From Psilocybe cubensis (lineage: Eukaryota), in assembly GCA_017499595.2 (NCBI GenBank), contig CM039000.1:3162001-3226000 (forward strand): 64,000 bases of DNA, read 5' to 3'. Below are positions 1-12,674 of this stretch, piece after piece. The translations under genes were made by a program, and so were the position numbers. A model generated the notes under the pieces. The model was not told the DNA's origin. It worked only from the letters and a program-made list of their open reading frames with translations, and did not search any database. Position 1 is the first letter of the stretch. Each line of letters opens with the position of its first letter.

Positions 1-2
1 AG

Positions 3-713
3 GAACGTCAGAAGGAAACTTTTGATCGTAAAGTTCTCCCTTCGCCAAAGTACGCCCCTGATCAGCTCGTTTGGCTCCTTCGTCGTAACATCCGTACCAC
101 GCGCCCTTCGTTGAAGCTCGATCACCGTCGCCTGGGACCGTATCCCGTTATTCGAGAAATAGGAAATGATTCTTATCTTTTAAAACTTCCGCCCTATCTT
201 TCGCGTTTACATCCCGTTTTTCATACTTCGCTTCTTGAACCTTACTCTGACCCTTCTGAATTCCACCCCCATGCTTCGCCTGACCTTTTTGTTCTCGCGG
301 ATGACCCCGCATTATCTATTTCTTCCTTCCTTGATTGTCGTAAAGTAGGTCATCGTTACGAGTATCTCGTGCGATGGCAAAATTCTTCTGACTCCGAAGA
401 TTCTTGGATTCCACTTTCTGATATTCCTACATCTTATAACGAACTTTTAACTCGATTCCACCGTCGGCATCCTCGTGCACCACACCCTCATACTTTCGAT
501 TTCGACCGTAACCTCCACAACATGGACAATCCGACGGTACCCGAGGAAAACAATTCAAACCCTTCCATTCCTTCTGATTCTATTTCACACATCCGTCCGA
601 CTACCCCTCCTCCTGTTCGTAACAACCTCCGTAGTTCTTATGTACCCCCTCCTTTTACCACCCTTCGTTCTGGTCGTATATCTCGTCCTCGACCTTCCCC
701 AGATGCCGCATAA
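3..713 (+). CDS. Gypsy Pol C-terminus (integrase GPY/F region plus chromodomain), 5'-truncated by the window
   Basis: Frame open from position 3: ...DQLVWLLRRNIRTTRPSLKLDHRRLGPYPVI...SYLLKLP...LHPVFHTSLLEPY, then chromodomain YEYLVRWQNSSDSEDSWIP. Confidence 0.92.
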   Translation, partial: ERQKETFDRKVLPSPKYAPDQLVWLLRRNIRTTRPSLKLDHRRLGPYPVIREIGNDSYLLKLPPYLSRLHPVFHTSLLEPYSDPSEFHPHASPDLFVLADDPALSISSFLDCRKVGHRYEYLVRWQNSSDSEDSWIPLSDIPTSYNELLTRFHRRHPRAPHPHTFDFDRNLHNMDNPTVPEENNSNPSIPSDSISHIRPTTPPPVRNNLRSSYVPPPFTTLRSGRISRPRPSPDAA

Positions 714-725
714 AAGGGAAGATGA

Positions 726-867
726 TGTCACGGTTTAGACCGTGACCCTAGTCCGTGCACAGGTCCAAGCACCGTCTAGTATTTAGTTCGTAGATTACGC
801 ACCTTTGTTCCTTGTCGAATCAACACGTTTTCCCTGTTGTCTTCGAATCCTGTCCTTGCCCGTGACA
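726..867 (+). repeat. 3' LTR (142 bp) with 8-bp terminal inverted repeats
   Basis: Starts TGTCACGG (726-733) directly after the tract AAAAGGGAAGATGA and ends CCGTGACA (860-867). The partner LTR is not in the window. Confidence 0.85.
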
Positions 868-1710
868 CAAGCTTTTTGTGAGGGTTATTGATGAAGAGTG
901 ATAGAGCGGCCAATGCGACGTCAATTTATATAGAAAACTGCCGGAATATCTCTGATTTATATGTTTTCGAGTTTTACGATGAAATATTTTTATCTACAGG
1001 AGGTGTTCGCCTTCAAGTTTGAAAAAGCCCGTCAAATGCGCACCAAATGTACAAAATTGGGATCATATAAGTAACAAATCTTTTGGCAGAGCTAAGGGTC
1101 TAATCTATAAAGATATAATATCAGTTTAAAGTCCTAACAGTGGGTATGAACCCAGGATGCTGCGCTGCGCTTTATTTTTAGACATCTGATCCTCGCGTCG
1201 TTTGAGCTCTGTGCATCCTTAGCTTCACCATAGCCTTGCACACAATACATGATTAATAGAGTAGTTCGAGTCAATTTATGAGCAACAAACGATCTTAAGA
1301 ACCCAACACAAATATTCAAGAATCAAGGCGTTGTATTTTAAAAAATAATTCATCAGATACCAATAATAAAACGTATCTACGCAGCATCATTCTCACATTA
1401 TCATAGATAATCCAAGAGACACAATCTGCTCTTCCCAACTCCTCCTCGAGAAACATCAGACAAGGGCTGAAGCAGAGGAAAGGACGATGCCCAAATAGGC
1501 AACAAGTGATACTGCAAGGCGCGATTCCCACGCCCCTTTGTCTCTTCCCCGCGATCATCCCACCTCGCAAGGCTGGAGCTCCACGCTCGCGGAGTCGACC
1601 ATCGCCCTTCTCTCTGTGCCTGCGCCTGACGGCGGGGCCTGTACTTGTTCCTGTACAATACCACTGACGACCGATACCCATAACGAGCTTGACGACATTT
1701 ACTGATCACC

Positions 1711-3857
1711 ATGTATTCCGATCCCCACCTCGACGCCCCGCCCCCGCCCTCCCAGTTCCGCAGACCGTGGTCCCCCGACGTCTTTGATCCCAACCCCACT
1801 GCAGGCCCCTCGTCCAGCCGCTCTCCAGTCGATGCAGGCGGGTATGACTCTGCCTATCCCACTGAGCTGTATGCCATGCCTGCGCACCACCACCGGCAAT
1901 CCCACAGACTTGGAGGCTCCCCTGACCGCCGACAGCAGCAGCGACGAGAACCTTCTGATGTCTCCGTCGAAGCCCTAGATCTGGCAGACTATGCTCGCAC
2001 ACTGCGCTCCCGCCAGGCAGAGGATCCGTACCCTCCTTTCTTGCCGTCTCTCTCCCAGGAACACGAGCAGGATGCGATACAGGAGCAGGCCCGGCACGCT
2101 GTGTCTCTGTCCTCCTTCCCTGCCTTCCCCCGCCCATCTGCTACGAACAGCCGCGATACCCACTCGCACTCGCGATCGAATGTACACATGCATCCGCCGT
2201 CGGTCGTCTCCCGTGGCCCGACTCTCTCCTCCAATGCGACGCAGCACACGCACACCACACTGTCATCTACATCTCACGCCCCGCGCCGTGCGACACATCG
2301 TCCGTTCTCTTTACCTTCGTCTTCTGCACGTTCTGCTCAATCGCACGCTGGCTCCTCGCGCCGACATATGTACATTGCCGACGGCGCACCACCTGCACGG
2401 CCAATGGAGGAAGAGGAAGAGATCGATATATCCCGTTTCCCCAGGTGGTCGCGGAACTGGTACACCAACACCAAAACCACCACCAAATACAACCACACTG
2501 TAGACGACGACGACGATGGGATGTACACCTCCATCCCCGGATCTCATCTCCCCTCACCGCCGAACCAGCAGCGCAAGTCGCACTTTGATCCAGGATACGT
2601 GCACGATCCATACAGCTCCGACTTTGGGCCACCACCACCACTTTCGTCGATGCATCACGGACAGACGACAAGGAACAGCTCGCGCGATCTTCTCCCTTGG
2701 AGCACCGACCCGCCTGAATACGGACACGGGTACAACCAGCCCCCCCTCGACCCGCTCCAAAAAGCCGAGCGGATGCGTATGCTCGAGCGCGAATTCGGAG
2801 CCGACCCCAACAACTCAAACAACAACGACGACGACACCGCCGCCGCCCGCAAACTCAAAGACGCCGAACGACGCGGCCTGCTCCTCGACGCGCAGGGGCG
2901 GCCGGTGGTGGGCACCGCCGACCTCCGCGGGCGCCTCGTGACGGTGGGCCCGCGCCGGCGCGTGGCGGCGAGAGCGCTGCAGGTGCTGTTAGCCGCGGGC
3001 GCGGGTGTGCCGGTGCTCTACGCCGCGGTGGCGATTAAGCAGCCGGAGGGCGCGGGGAGTCCGCCGCCGCAGGGCAAGCCGCCGGTGTTGGTGCTGTATG
3101 TGTTGGCGGTTGCGACGTTGTTGTTGTTGGTGTATATGTTTGTGGTGAGGCCGTGTTGTTGTGCTGGGAGGCGCAAGGCCGAGTTGGGTGTTGCTGGTGC
3201 GGGCGCGGGTATGCCTGGGGGGATGATGGTCCTCCCGATGCTGGGCGGCGGCGGCGCAGGGAAGAAAAAAGCCGGGAAAAAGGGAGGAAAGAAAGGCGCG
3301 AAGGGCGGACGAGGCGCAGAGGGCGACGTCCAAGTGAACCTCATCGTCGATCCTAAAATGTTCCGCCCCTCCAACCCATCCTCATCCTCCTCGGCGTCTG
3401 AAGACGAAGACGAAGGGTACTCGCAGGACGACGAGGGCGCGATGCCCGGGCAATTTGCGAAACATGAGAAGAAGCGGAAGAGGAGACGGCAGAGGCAGCG
3501 GCGGCGGCGTGGGTTGGTGGAAGGGCTCGCGATGGAAGCGCGCTGGCGTATGGCGCGCGCGTGGGCGAAGAAGCTTGCGCTGCTCGATGCGGTCGGTGTG
3601 CTCCTCTGGGGTGCGGAGTTTGTGTTTATTATGACGGGGAAGCGGTGTCCGAGTGGCGGGTTTGCAGGGTGGTATGTGTTTTTTTGGTATGGTTCTTGCG
3701 CGTGTGTTTATTGATTTTTTGTCTGGATAGGTGTAATGCGTATAATGTCTCTTCGGCTTCGGCGTGCTTGCTCTGTGTCGCGTTTGGTGTAAGCCTGTTC
3801 TTTGACGTGCAGGATCTGCATGCGAGCAAACAGTCTCCCCGGACACGGAATCTATAA
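1711..3857 (+). CDS. Uncharacterised membrane protein: long disordered N-terminus, ~4 hydrophobic segments; 2 exons (1711-3671, 3731-3857)
   Basis: 667-aa ORF; GTATGT..TAG intron at 3672-3730 restores GKRCPSGGFAGW|CNAYN...DLHASKQSPRTRNL*. Confidence 0.85.
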
Positions 3858-4335
3858 CTATGATTGATGTGGATCGGTACTTGGATCGTTATCGTTATAC
3901 GTTATATATCGGGCGCCTATTTTCCGTTTCTTATTGACTCCGTTTCACACACACACACACCCACATTCATTCCTTTTTGCTTTATTTTCTTCTCGGACTC
4001 ATGTTATCATTTCCATTTCCATTTCATACTCATCCACAGGACGGTTTGTACACTCTACAGGTTTCATCACTCAACTTCTTTTCATCTGCTCATCCCGGAA
4101 TTTTTGTATGTGTGTATACATGTATTATCAGACTTGCCTTAATGACATCATGACGACTTTTACGACCCTACCCACGCGAATTGAGAATTTAATTTGATTG
4201 ATCATTGAAGTGATGAGGGGTGGTGGTTAATTGATACAATGAAATGAAAAAAAGTGCAATGCGGATGCGGATGTGTGTGTGAGAGAGATAGTGTACATTA
4301 CTTGATAAGTTAATACCACACGCTCAGAATCAGAG

Positions 4336-5714
4336 TCAGTTCTGCGCTGCGAGCAGGTTCTTTGCTTCCTCGGTGGATTCCTGAGCTGACTCTGCTCTGC
4401 TCTTCTCCTGCTCCTTTGCGTTCTCAGCGTCGACGATCCCCCGCGCGTCCTCGAGCACCTTGCCCCGTGCATTCTCAGCATCGACGACCTTGTCCTTCTC
4501 AGTCTGTGCGTCGGCGCTCTCCTTCTGCAGTGCAGAATCGACGATCCACTGGCGGATAAAAGTCGAGCTGAGCTTGTGCATCTTGAGCCACTCGGCGTCT
4601 TCGTGGTCGAGGCTCGCGTTTGTCGCGGATATGACATCGATGAGGAAGGTGCGCAGTGCAGGGAGCGAGTGGGCCTTTCTATGCGCTGCGACTGTGAAAG
4701 ATAAAAGGTGAGTGAGGTGGGTTATAGTAGAGAAAAGGACACGCACTGGCTTCACCACCGGACATGGTTTCCTTGCTGACGACGAGGGCTTGGATGTCGG
4801 GGTCCCAACCGGTAGGGCCGTATACGTCGTGAATGGGAACTAGATCGAGAGCAATCTCTGGCTTGAAAAAGTGGAGAAAGGCGCGGACGCGCTCTGTACG
4901 GACAGATAGGGGCTCTAGGACGTGTTTGTTTGATTTATTCTGGAGGAGAGCATCCTCTGATGATGGATGACGTCATTAAGTTAGCGGATGATGGAATGGA
5001 GGGAAAGAGAGGCACGCACCGGTGATGCCGACGATGAGCTTGCGGGAGGTGATGTAGGCGGCCATGGAGAGGAGGATCTTGTGGCCGGAGTGGAGGTGGT
5101 CGAATGTGCCGCCGAGGGCGGTGACGGGGTAGAGCGGGGGGATGTGGGCGGTGACGGAGGGCGTGCCGACGGCGGTCTGTGCGCCGGAGAGGGGGTCAGC
5201 GTCGCCGGGGGGGATGTAGAGCTGGCGGAGGAGGCCGATGGCGGGGGGCAGGGGAACGGCGATGGAGTCTGGAGAGAGTCAGTGAGTGGGCGGAGGAGCG
5301 GGAGAGAGGGACGGACAGACCTCCGGAGACGCGGAAGCAGATGTCGAGGGAGGGGAGGGCGGGGGCAAAGTCCTGGTTGAGACCGCGGAGAAGGACATCG
5401 ACGTCCATGAGGACCTTGTTCATCTGCTGGGCGATCTTTGCGGCCTGGACATAGGTGAATGTGAGGATGCGCTGGACGGGGTCCCAGCTCTCTGTGCGGG
5501 AGAGAGCCTGGTTCTCGGAAAAGGTGAGATAGTCCTTGTCCTTCCTGCCGGGGTAGTGGACATTGAAGTGGCGGGAGAAGAGGACGATGATGAGGCGGTG
5601 CTTGGTGTGCGAGGCGGCTGTGGCGATGACGGGGGCGAGGAAGAAGGGCGTGCTCAGATTAGGCAGTGTCGCGAGCAGAATCGCACTGTCGACGATCTCT
5701 CTGCCTGGCTGCAT
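4336..5714 (-). CDS. CAB4: Phosphopantetheine adenylyltransferase (CoA biosynthesis, cytidylyltransferase fold), multi-exon
   Basis: Minus-strand translation gives YPVTALGGTFDHLHSGHKILLSMAA (HxGH), DVYGPTGWDPDIQALVVSKET and KLSSTFIRQWI. Confidence 0.92.
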
Positions 5715-5807
5715 CGTCGTCGTGGTCGCTAATTAGAAACCTATCTCATCACGTGGCCCTCTCTCTCTTTAACTTTAACTTTTCCCATTCTCCTCGTCTT
5801 CCCTTTC
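5715..5807. promoter_or_regulatory. Very short bidirectional promoter between CAB4 and ERF2, containing an E-box
   Basis: 93 bp between divergent ATGs; TCACGTG at 5749-5755, followed by a pyrimidine tract. Confidence 0.6.
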
Positions 5808-7868
5808 ATGGCCACACCACACTCCTTCACCTTTTCCCCCGCCGTCCAGCAGTCCCTCGCCCCGACCAGCCGCCGCAACTCGGCCTCCTCCACCCAGCTG
5901 CCCCTCCCCAGCAGCCTCTCCCCCCAGCACCAGCAGCAGCAGCCCCGTACTCCGCCCCCCGCGCCGAGCAGCCCCCGCGCATTCACCTTCTCCAACCCGC
6001 GCCCCGCCGACTCGCCCGTCCTGGCCTCCTTTTCCTACGCCCCGCACCCGCACTCCTCCTCCACCCACGCCGGCGGCATCCAGCCCCCCGCCGCGTTCTT
6101 CCGGCCCTCCAAGCCGATCCACCAGCCCCAGTACTCCCGCCCTGCCTCGCCCTCCTCCATCATCCACGTCCCTGCGGACACTCACGATACCGACCACTTC
6201 CCCCTCGGCCCCATCTCCGCCGGGTACAGCACCGACGAGCACCATGCCGCCGAGAGTGTGCACGAGCCTCACCCCCCACAGCAGTTTTCCTCCCTCAAGC
6301 GCATCAAGCAGAGCCGCGAGCCCCTCCTCCCCACCTCCTCCTCCGCCTCCCGCCCCTCCATCAGTGTCACTAGCGCTACCCCCATGTCTCCCTCCCGCCT
6401 TGTCAGGAATAGTCTAGATCGCGTCCTCAGCATCAGTCGCGGCCTCAGCTTCGACTCCATCCGCCGCTCCGCAAGCGCACAGCGCGAGGACGCCTTCGAG
6501 ACAAAGCTCTCCGACGAGGAAAACGGCTACTCACCCACCGCCCAGTACGCCGGCAACAGCAAGCACCATTTCCCCGCCCAGTCCCTCGACGTGCGCAACT
6601 CGCATCATTCAGGCGTGCACTCTCACTCTCCTTCACATTCCCACTCGCACTCCAACTCGCACTCGCACTCTGCCTCGCCTGCGCCCTCTTTCATTCCGAC
6701 TCCACCCATCCGCCGCCCGCCTCTCTCCGCTGTACCACTCCTCTCACCCACGACCCACAAGCCTGTGCGGCGGTATGAGCAGCATCCATCGCGCAACCGC
6801 TTCTACCTGCGCGGCCGCATCCTCACAGGAGGAGACACACCCTGGGCCTTTGTCGTCGCCTTTGGCACACTCCTCACCATCGCTGGCGTGTGGTTTGGCA
6901 CTACCGCCGTCTGGTGGTGGCACAATGAGAGTCCGGCGGTGGCGGGTGTTGCAGTCTACATGGCCCTGTTGACCATTTCAAGTATGCTGACTACGGTGAG
7001 TCGTTTTTTGCATTCATTAGAAGGGTGAAATCTGAGTTTTGGATGGTATAGGCTACGACGGACCCCGGCATTTTACCGCGCAACCTTGATCCTGACCCTC
7101 CTTACCCAGCGACATCCCCCTCGGACGGCGGGATCCGCGCACCGATGCCTCGCGATCTCAAAGTGCGGAGCGATATGTGAGTGATTAATTTAAACAACAT
7201 ATTTTTTCGTGTCTGACGAGTATACTACCAGCGTCCGCGTAAAATACTGCCCGACGTGCAAGACCTACCGTCCGCCGCGGTCAAGCCACTGCAAGATGGT
7301 GTGTGACGTACACTCGGTGCTGTACTGATCAATTTATCCATCTATTAATTTTACGTTCTAGTGTGACAACTGCGTCGACGGCTGCGACCACCACTGCCAA
7401 TGGGTGAACAACTGTGTGGGGAGGCGGAATTATACAACGTTCTTTGCGTTATTGGTCTTTGCTGTGTGTTTTTTCTTGCATGTTTGGTTTTTGATTTTTT
7501 GTTTCTAACGAATGATCTATCTTTGTGTCTGTGCTTCATTCTGATCGTATCCTAACGCTGAAATGCATTAACTGACGTACTATCGGCATCATCTCATATC
7601 CTCGATATTAATACCACCACCCGTCATCATCTCTACTCTACACCACACCTTGCAACACCGCCATCCGACAACAGACGACAACTCTCCTCCTGATCATCCT
7701 CACCTCGGCGCTGCACCTCTACTTCGTCACGCGGCGCGAGCACATTGACCTCGCGCACGCGCTGCGCACGGCACAGGGCGTAGGCAGCGCCGTTGCGTTT
7801 GCGCTCTCGGTGTGTGTGATTTGGCCCGTTGGTGCGCTGTTGAGTTATCATATGCGGGTGAGTTTTCT

Positions 7869-7902
<34 letters not shown>

Positions 7903-10612
7903 GTTTGTCGGTTTTTTCTTTTCTTTTTTTTTTTTTTCCTTTTGCTATTTTGATTTTTTGGAAACGGTCTTTTTTAGTTTGCTTGTTTTCTGTTTTTGTC
8001 TTTCTTCGTGATGGTTCTGGTCTTTCGCGGGAGTCGCATTTGGGATGTGTCGATGTTTCTTTTTCTTCTTCTTCTCTCTACACTTCCATTTCATACTGGC
8101 TTCGAAAGAACTCGACTAGTTCCACTTTGGAGTTTTTTTTTTCTTATCTATGCTGTGCGTGGCTTGCTGTTGTTGCTTGTCGTTTTGACTCTTTGGGTTG
8201 TGATCTTGTTTGGGATCTGCGGGATGGGCTTGTGTTCCTTGTTTTTTTGGTTTCTTCTTTTATTCAGTGTTGGACTTTCGTGCGGTGCATTGCTTCCAAT
8301 CGCAGTCGCAGTCGTAGTCGCAGTCACAATTCTCATTCAATTTTCATTTTCTCATTTTCTTTCTTTATTTTTATTTGCACCATGACTTCGTCGAAGTCGA
8401 TCTTGCCCCGTTGATCAGAGTTTCTCTGTTACACTGCATTGCTATTGCTACCTTCTTTTTATATCTTGCGTCTTGCGTCTTGCTTCTAGCCTTTGCTGCT
8501 TTTGTTTTGCTTTTTCCAGATGCTGGTCTGGTATTTTTGTGTGCGACGTCGGGTGGTTCTAGTCACATTGACTTTTTTTTATTGGTCTTCCTTTCTCTCT
8601 CTTTTTTTTCTTTGCTGTTTTTGTATCCGATTTTTGGCTATTTTTGTGGCGGTCATTTTTGCTGTCGGATTTACTTTTGGCTTTGCTTTGCTATTGCTGT
8701 TTTGCAAATTGCATGCTCAAATGTCTACGAATGCGATGAGTTATCTGCGCATCCCGTATTTGTGTTGAGTGTTGTGTTTGTATTCTTTTTGTGTCATTCT
8801 GCTTCATTCTTGTGGCGTTGTTTTTTGCTCTCCGTCTTTTCTTCGTTTTGTTTTCTTCTAGTGCAGTTCTTGGTCTTGTGGGGCCGTCGTGGAAGTGCGT
8901 TTGCATTTGCTTTGAGTTTGTGGTTTTGGGATTAGTCTGTGTCCAGCTAGTAACTTTTTTCTTGTTATTATTTTTACCTGTCTTCTTCACATCTTCATCA
9001 TCATACCTACCTGCTTCATCTTTTTTCTACCATCTCGCATTTCGTGCCATGTTCTATCTTTATAATGCCTTCGTTACTAACGGATGCTTTTTCTGCTTTC
9101 TCTACTTTTAGCTCTTACTCCTTAATATAACCACCATCGAACAAGTGAGTTGTTATTTCGAGCTTCTTGGTCGTTCTTCTCTTTTGTGCACTTTGTCATG
9201 TTATACCTACTGTTCTTTTCTTTCGTGCTCCTCGTTCCGATCTTTTTCTCGTGCTCCTCGTTTTGTGATCCCCGCTTTTTTAATCGTCTTCTTTGCTATT
9301 TTCGGTGTTATTTGTGGCTTTTGTTGGGTCACTTCGACATTATTTTTTTGCATTTTTCATATTTTATATTGCATATTGCCCATCTAGCTGTTTTGGCATT
9401 TTTTTCCCGCTTTTTGTGGGGTGTTTTCCCAACGTGGTATATCGCGGGGTGCCGCCGGGCCAGGATTAGGGTTATGGATGATGGAAATGGGTTGTGGTTA
9501 TGGATGCGGTTGTGATTATTATTCTTAGAGTGCTTGACCGGATGGATTGGATTAGATTGGGTGTAAGCCCTTTGATGGGATGGTGTATTCTGTGTTGGGC
9601 TCTCTCCTTTCTTAGGCTTCATTGGGCACTTCGGGCTTCCGCTCTTTTACCCTCTTTTGTGTCGTGCATGCACACGACTAGGCTATGACGACCTCCGACG
9701 TCGTCGAATAGCACTTCTCACCCCCCGTCTGCTATCTGTCTTCGTCGCTCCGAGCTTTCCTTGCTTCGGATAGATATCCGGTGTGGAAGTGAGAGTGGGT
9801 GGGTGGGTGTGGGTTTTTTTTGAACGCTTCTTATTGATCACAGATTGTGCGTTTTTGTGACCCTTTTTTCGCTTTGCGAGGTGGTGGTTTATTTCCATTG
9901 GCTTGTGTTTATGTCCATGTCCATGTCCATTTCCGTGTCTGTGCATGAGCGGGGTGGTAATTTTGGGATACCGGTGTGTTCGTGCCGGTGTGGACTGGAG
10001 TGGATTTGGTTAACTCACCATTTTTATGATTGCCTTACTTCATTTTGGTCTGGGATTTTGGGGGAATTGGTTGGATGGGAAGTTGGGTGATTATTGGTTC
10101 TGAGTGAGAGAGGAAGGGGAAGGTGTAGTCAGCACGATAAGGATGGGAAGCGCTGAGTCAGGAAAGAAAGGGATGGAAGAGATTTTGTGTCTATTCTTTT
10201 TCTGGGTTTTTGATTTTGATTTTCAAATTTGGTGTTTTCTTTGTGTTTGCCCCTATCCACAATTTTTTTACCACGTTCTCTACCCAAAAAATTAACAAAA
10301 CCGACGCTAACCAATCCCTCCTTGCCTATTTTAATTTTCTGACAGATACGCAACCAAGCGCACAAAACGCTTATCCCGGGTCCACCTCCTCCGAATCCGT
10401 TCTCGCATGGGAGCTGGAAGCGGAATCTGCTCGCGGTGCTGTGTCGCCCGCAAGGGTTCTCGTGGCTGGACGCTGCAGCGCCGGTGACGGAGGACAAGCG
10501 CGAGGTGAATCCGGGGTTGTTAGAGGGCGAGGGCATGGACGGAGAGGAGGGGGAGGAGGAAGGGAGGAGTCATAGTGGACATGGGCATGGGCATGTCGCT
10601 GGAGGGCGGTGA
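5808..10612 (+). CDS. ERF2: DHHC palmitoyltransferase, Erf2/ZDHHC9-like; exons 5808-6995, 7052-7176, 7232-7298, 7362-7463, 7675-7857, 9112-9144, 10346-10612
   Basis: [62 protein letters not shown] (TTxE); IRNQAHK...[17 protein letters not shown]. All junctions are GT-AG and in frame. Confidence 0.9.
7870..7901 (+). repeat. Poly(T) tract (~32 nt) at the start of ERF2 intron 5
   Basis: Direct reading. Confidence 0.9.
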
Positions 10613-12674
10613 TGCTCGCCTGACCTGATTGTTGACTCTGGCTTGACTCTGGCTCTGGCTCTGGCTCTGATACCCATCCTACCAAAAAACGAACCCTGTT
10701 TTTTTAGCACGACTTGTCGGTCGTGACCGGGCGTTCGAAACTTTTATTTTCAAACCTTAACGTCGTGTTGTTCTCAAGGTTTTGCGAAATTAAACTCAGG
10801 GTCGTTTGGGCGGGGGAGGATGCGGTTGTGCGGATGCGGTCTTTTTCACACCATACATATTTTATCTTACCGGAGATGGGAAAGGGCGGGGCGCGCGGGG
10901 GGCGTTGGGGGGTTACCACTCCTATTTTTATTGTTGGCTTTCCTTTTTTTTGCATGGTTTTAGGGTTTTCGTCCGTTCCTTTTTTTTTTTTTTGCTTTCT
11001 TGCACGTCGTCATCGTCATCATCGTTCATTCCACGCATGTCAAAATCGGCAACCTACGCACAACACGTACGCAAAGCAAGTTTCGAGCAGGCAGAAAACA
11101 GCAGGGATCATTCACAGGCTGCTCTTGGTCTTATGGCAGCGCTCGGGGGTCTAGATTCTAGAAAGCTGATTTGGTTTCGTGTTTTGGATGTTTTAATTAA
11201 CGTCAGGGTTTGGACGTCAGAGAGCTTGGCTTGGGTGTGTGTGTGGGGTGTGTGCGTTAGCGGTTTGTTGATTTGATATATGTATATGTGCGGGGCACGG
11301 CCACGGGAAGGCGTAGGGTGGGTCAATCTTGATGAAAACCTTGCGGAGAAGGGCTTGGGCGGACGATGACACACGGTTGGTCGCGCAAAGCCTGACTGCG
11401 ATCAGGATAATAAACCTTTGTTGACCAAGGGGGACATTTCTCGGGACTACGACACGACACGACACGACACGGAGATGAGTCACAATTACAAGATAGTTGA
11501 AGGATAGCTCGGAATGAGCTTCATAGAAGACTCTGATCTGAATTCTTTTTCGCGTGTGTTCTTCTATTCTTTCTGATGTTTTTTATTTTGCATTTTCTTT
11601 GTGGCGTCAAACAAACACTCTTTTCTCTTTCTTGATATTCTTTTGTATTCTTGCGTTTGGGCTGGCGCTTACATTTGATCGATGGCAGCTTTCATGCGGT
11701 TATTTTTTTTGTCTTGTCCGATAACATTCTTTCTAATTATTGCATGGTCATCGATCCGGAGTCGACATTTATTACATAGTACTTAGCTTATATACCATCG
11801 AATAGTACATACCCTTTTGGTTGATAAAGGTTAAACGTAACAAGGGATAATTCGAGGGTTCGTTCGAGGTGACTCGAGAGAGCAAAAACCCGACGCGTTC
11901 GGTAAATTCCCAAAAGGCGTATATGCATGAGTCGTCGAGGATTTGTAGTGGGTGTATGTATAGTTAGCATGCGAAAAAAATGACTGCATTGTTCTCATTC
12001 AAATGCTAGTGTGTCAATCTATCAATCAAGGTGAAAGTGAGACATCGGGGGGAAGTTGACATGGATCTTTATGTTAGGTATTTGGCAGGTATGATTGCAT
12101 TTGTGCGAGAAGGAATGAATGCGGCGAGTCCTGTGGCCAGGGAGGGGTGTTTGCAGCTGGGAGAGGGTGCTGGGATTGGTGGAATTGAAACCGACCGGAG
12201 AATGTGTACGTCGGATGATTGGACACAACAGGACGCTCCACAGTCATGAGGGTGTGAGAGAGGTCGAGTCAGCGCCAACATGTGACGAGGGTGAAATGTT
12301 GTGCCGCCGGCGCACTGAGACAGGATCTGGAGGGACAAAATGGAGGGCACTATTCGCGGGGTTGATATTTCAGACTCCGCCTGAAACTGCAAGGGCGGCA
12401 TCAGGACGCATGTTGAGCTTCCTGGTGTCGGCAACGTTGCATCGCCAGCGTCCATCCCCTGTTTGCGCCGCTCCCAAGCGACTGACAGCGATCTCGCGCG
12501 ACCAGCAGCCTTGCACAGCGAAAGTGAGCCTGTGGGCAGCATCTCTGGGGGCGAAACATTGATTGTTTTGACTAAGCAGGTTTACGGTTCGGAAGAGGAG
12601 TCGGCGGCTCAACAAAACGCAAACACCTCCACCAGAAAAAAATCTTATAACACCGGAGAACTCCAGGAGGGGAG

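Larger units (their letters stand above)
1..867 (+). mobile_element. Ty3/Gypsy (chromovirus-type) LTR retrotransposon, 3' end; 5' part lies outside the window
   Basis: Integrase C-terminal ORF, then stop at 711-713, purine tract 712-725 and a TG...CA LTR at 726-867. Confidence 0.93.

Noticed and set aside
1706-6636. Numerous antisense/alternate-frame ORFs over GC-rich genes
   Set aside because: Shadows of high-GC coding sequence with no independent motifs.
7812-10295. Phe/Leu-rich 'membrane protein' ORFs and Lys-rich antisense ORFs
   Set aside because: Artefacts of T-rich ERF2 intron sequence.
11451-11470. (GACAC)4 and nearby short simple repeats
   Set aside because: Ordinary microsatellites in UTR/intergenic DNA.
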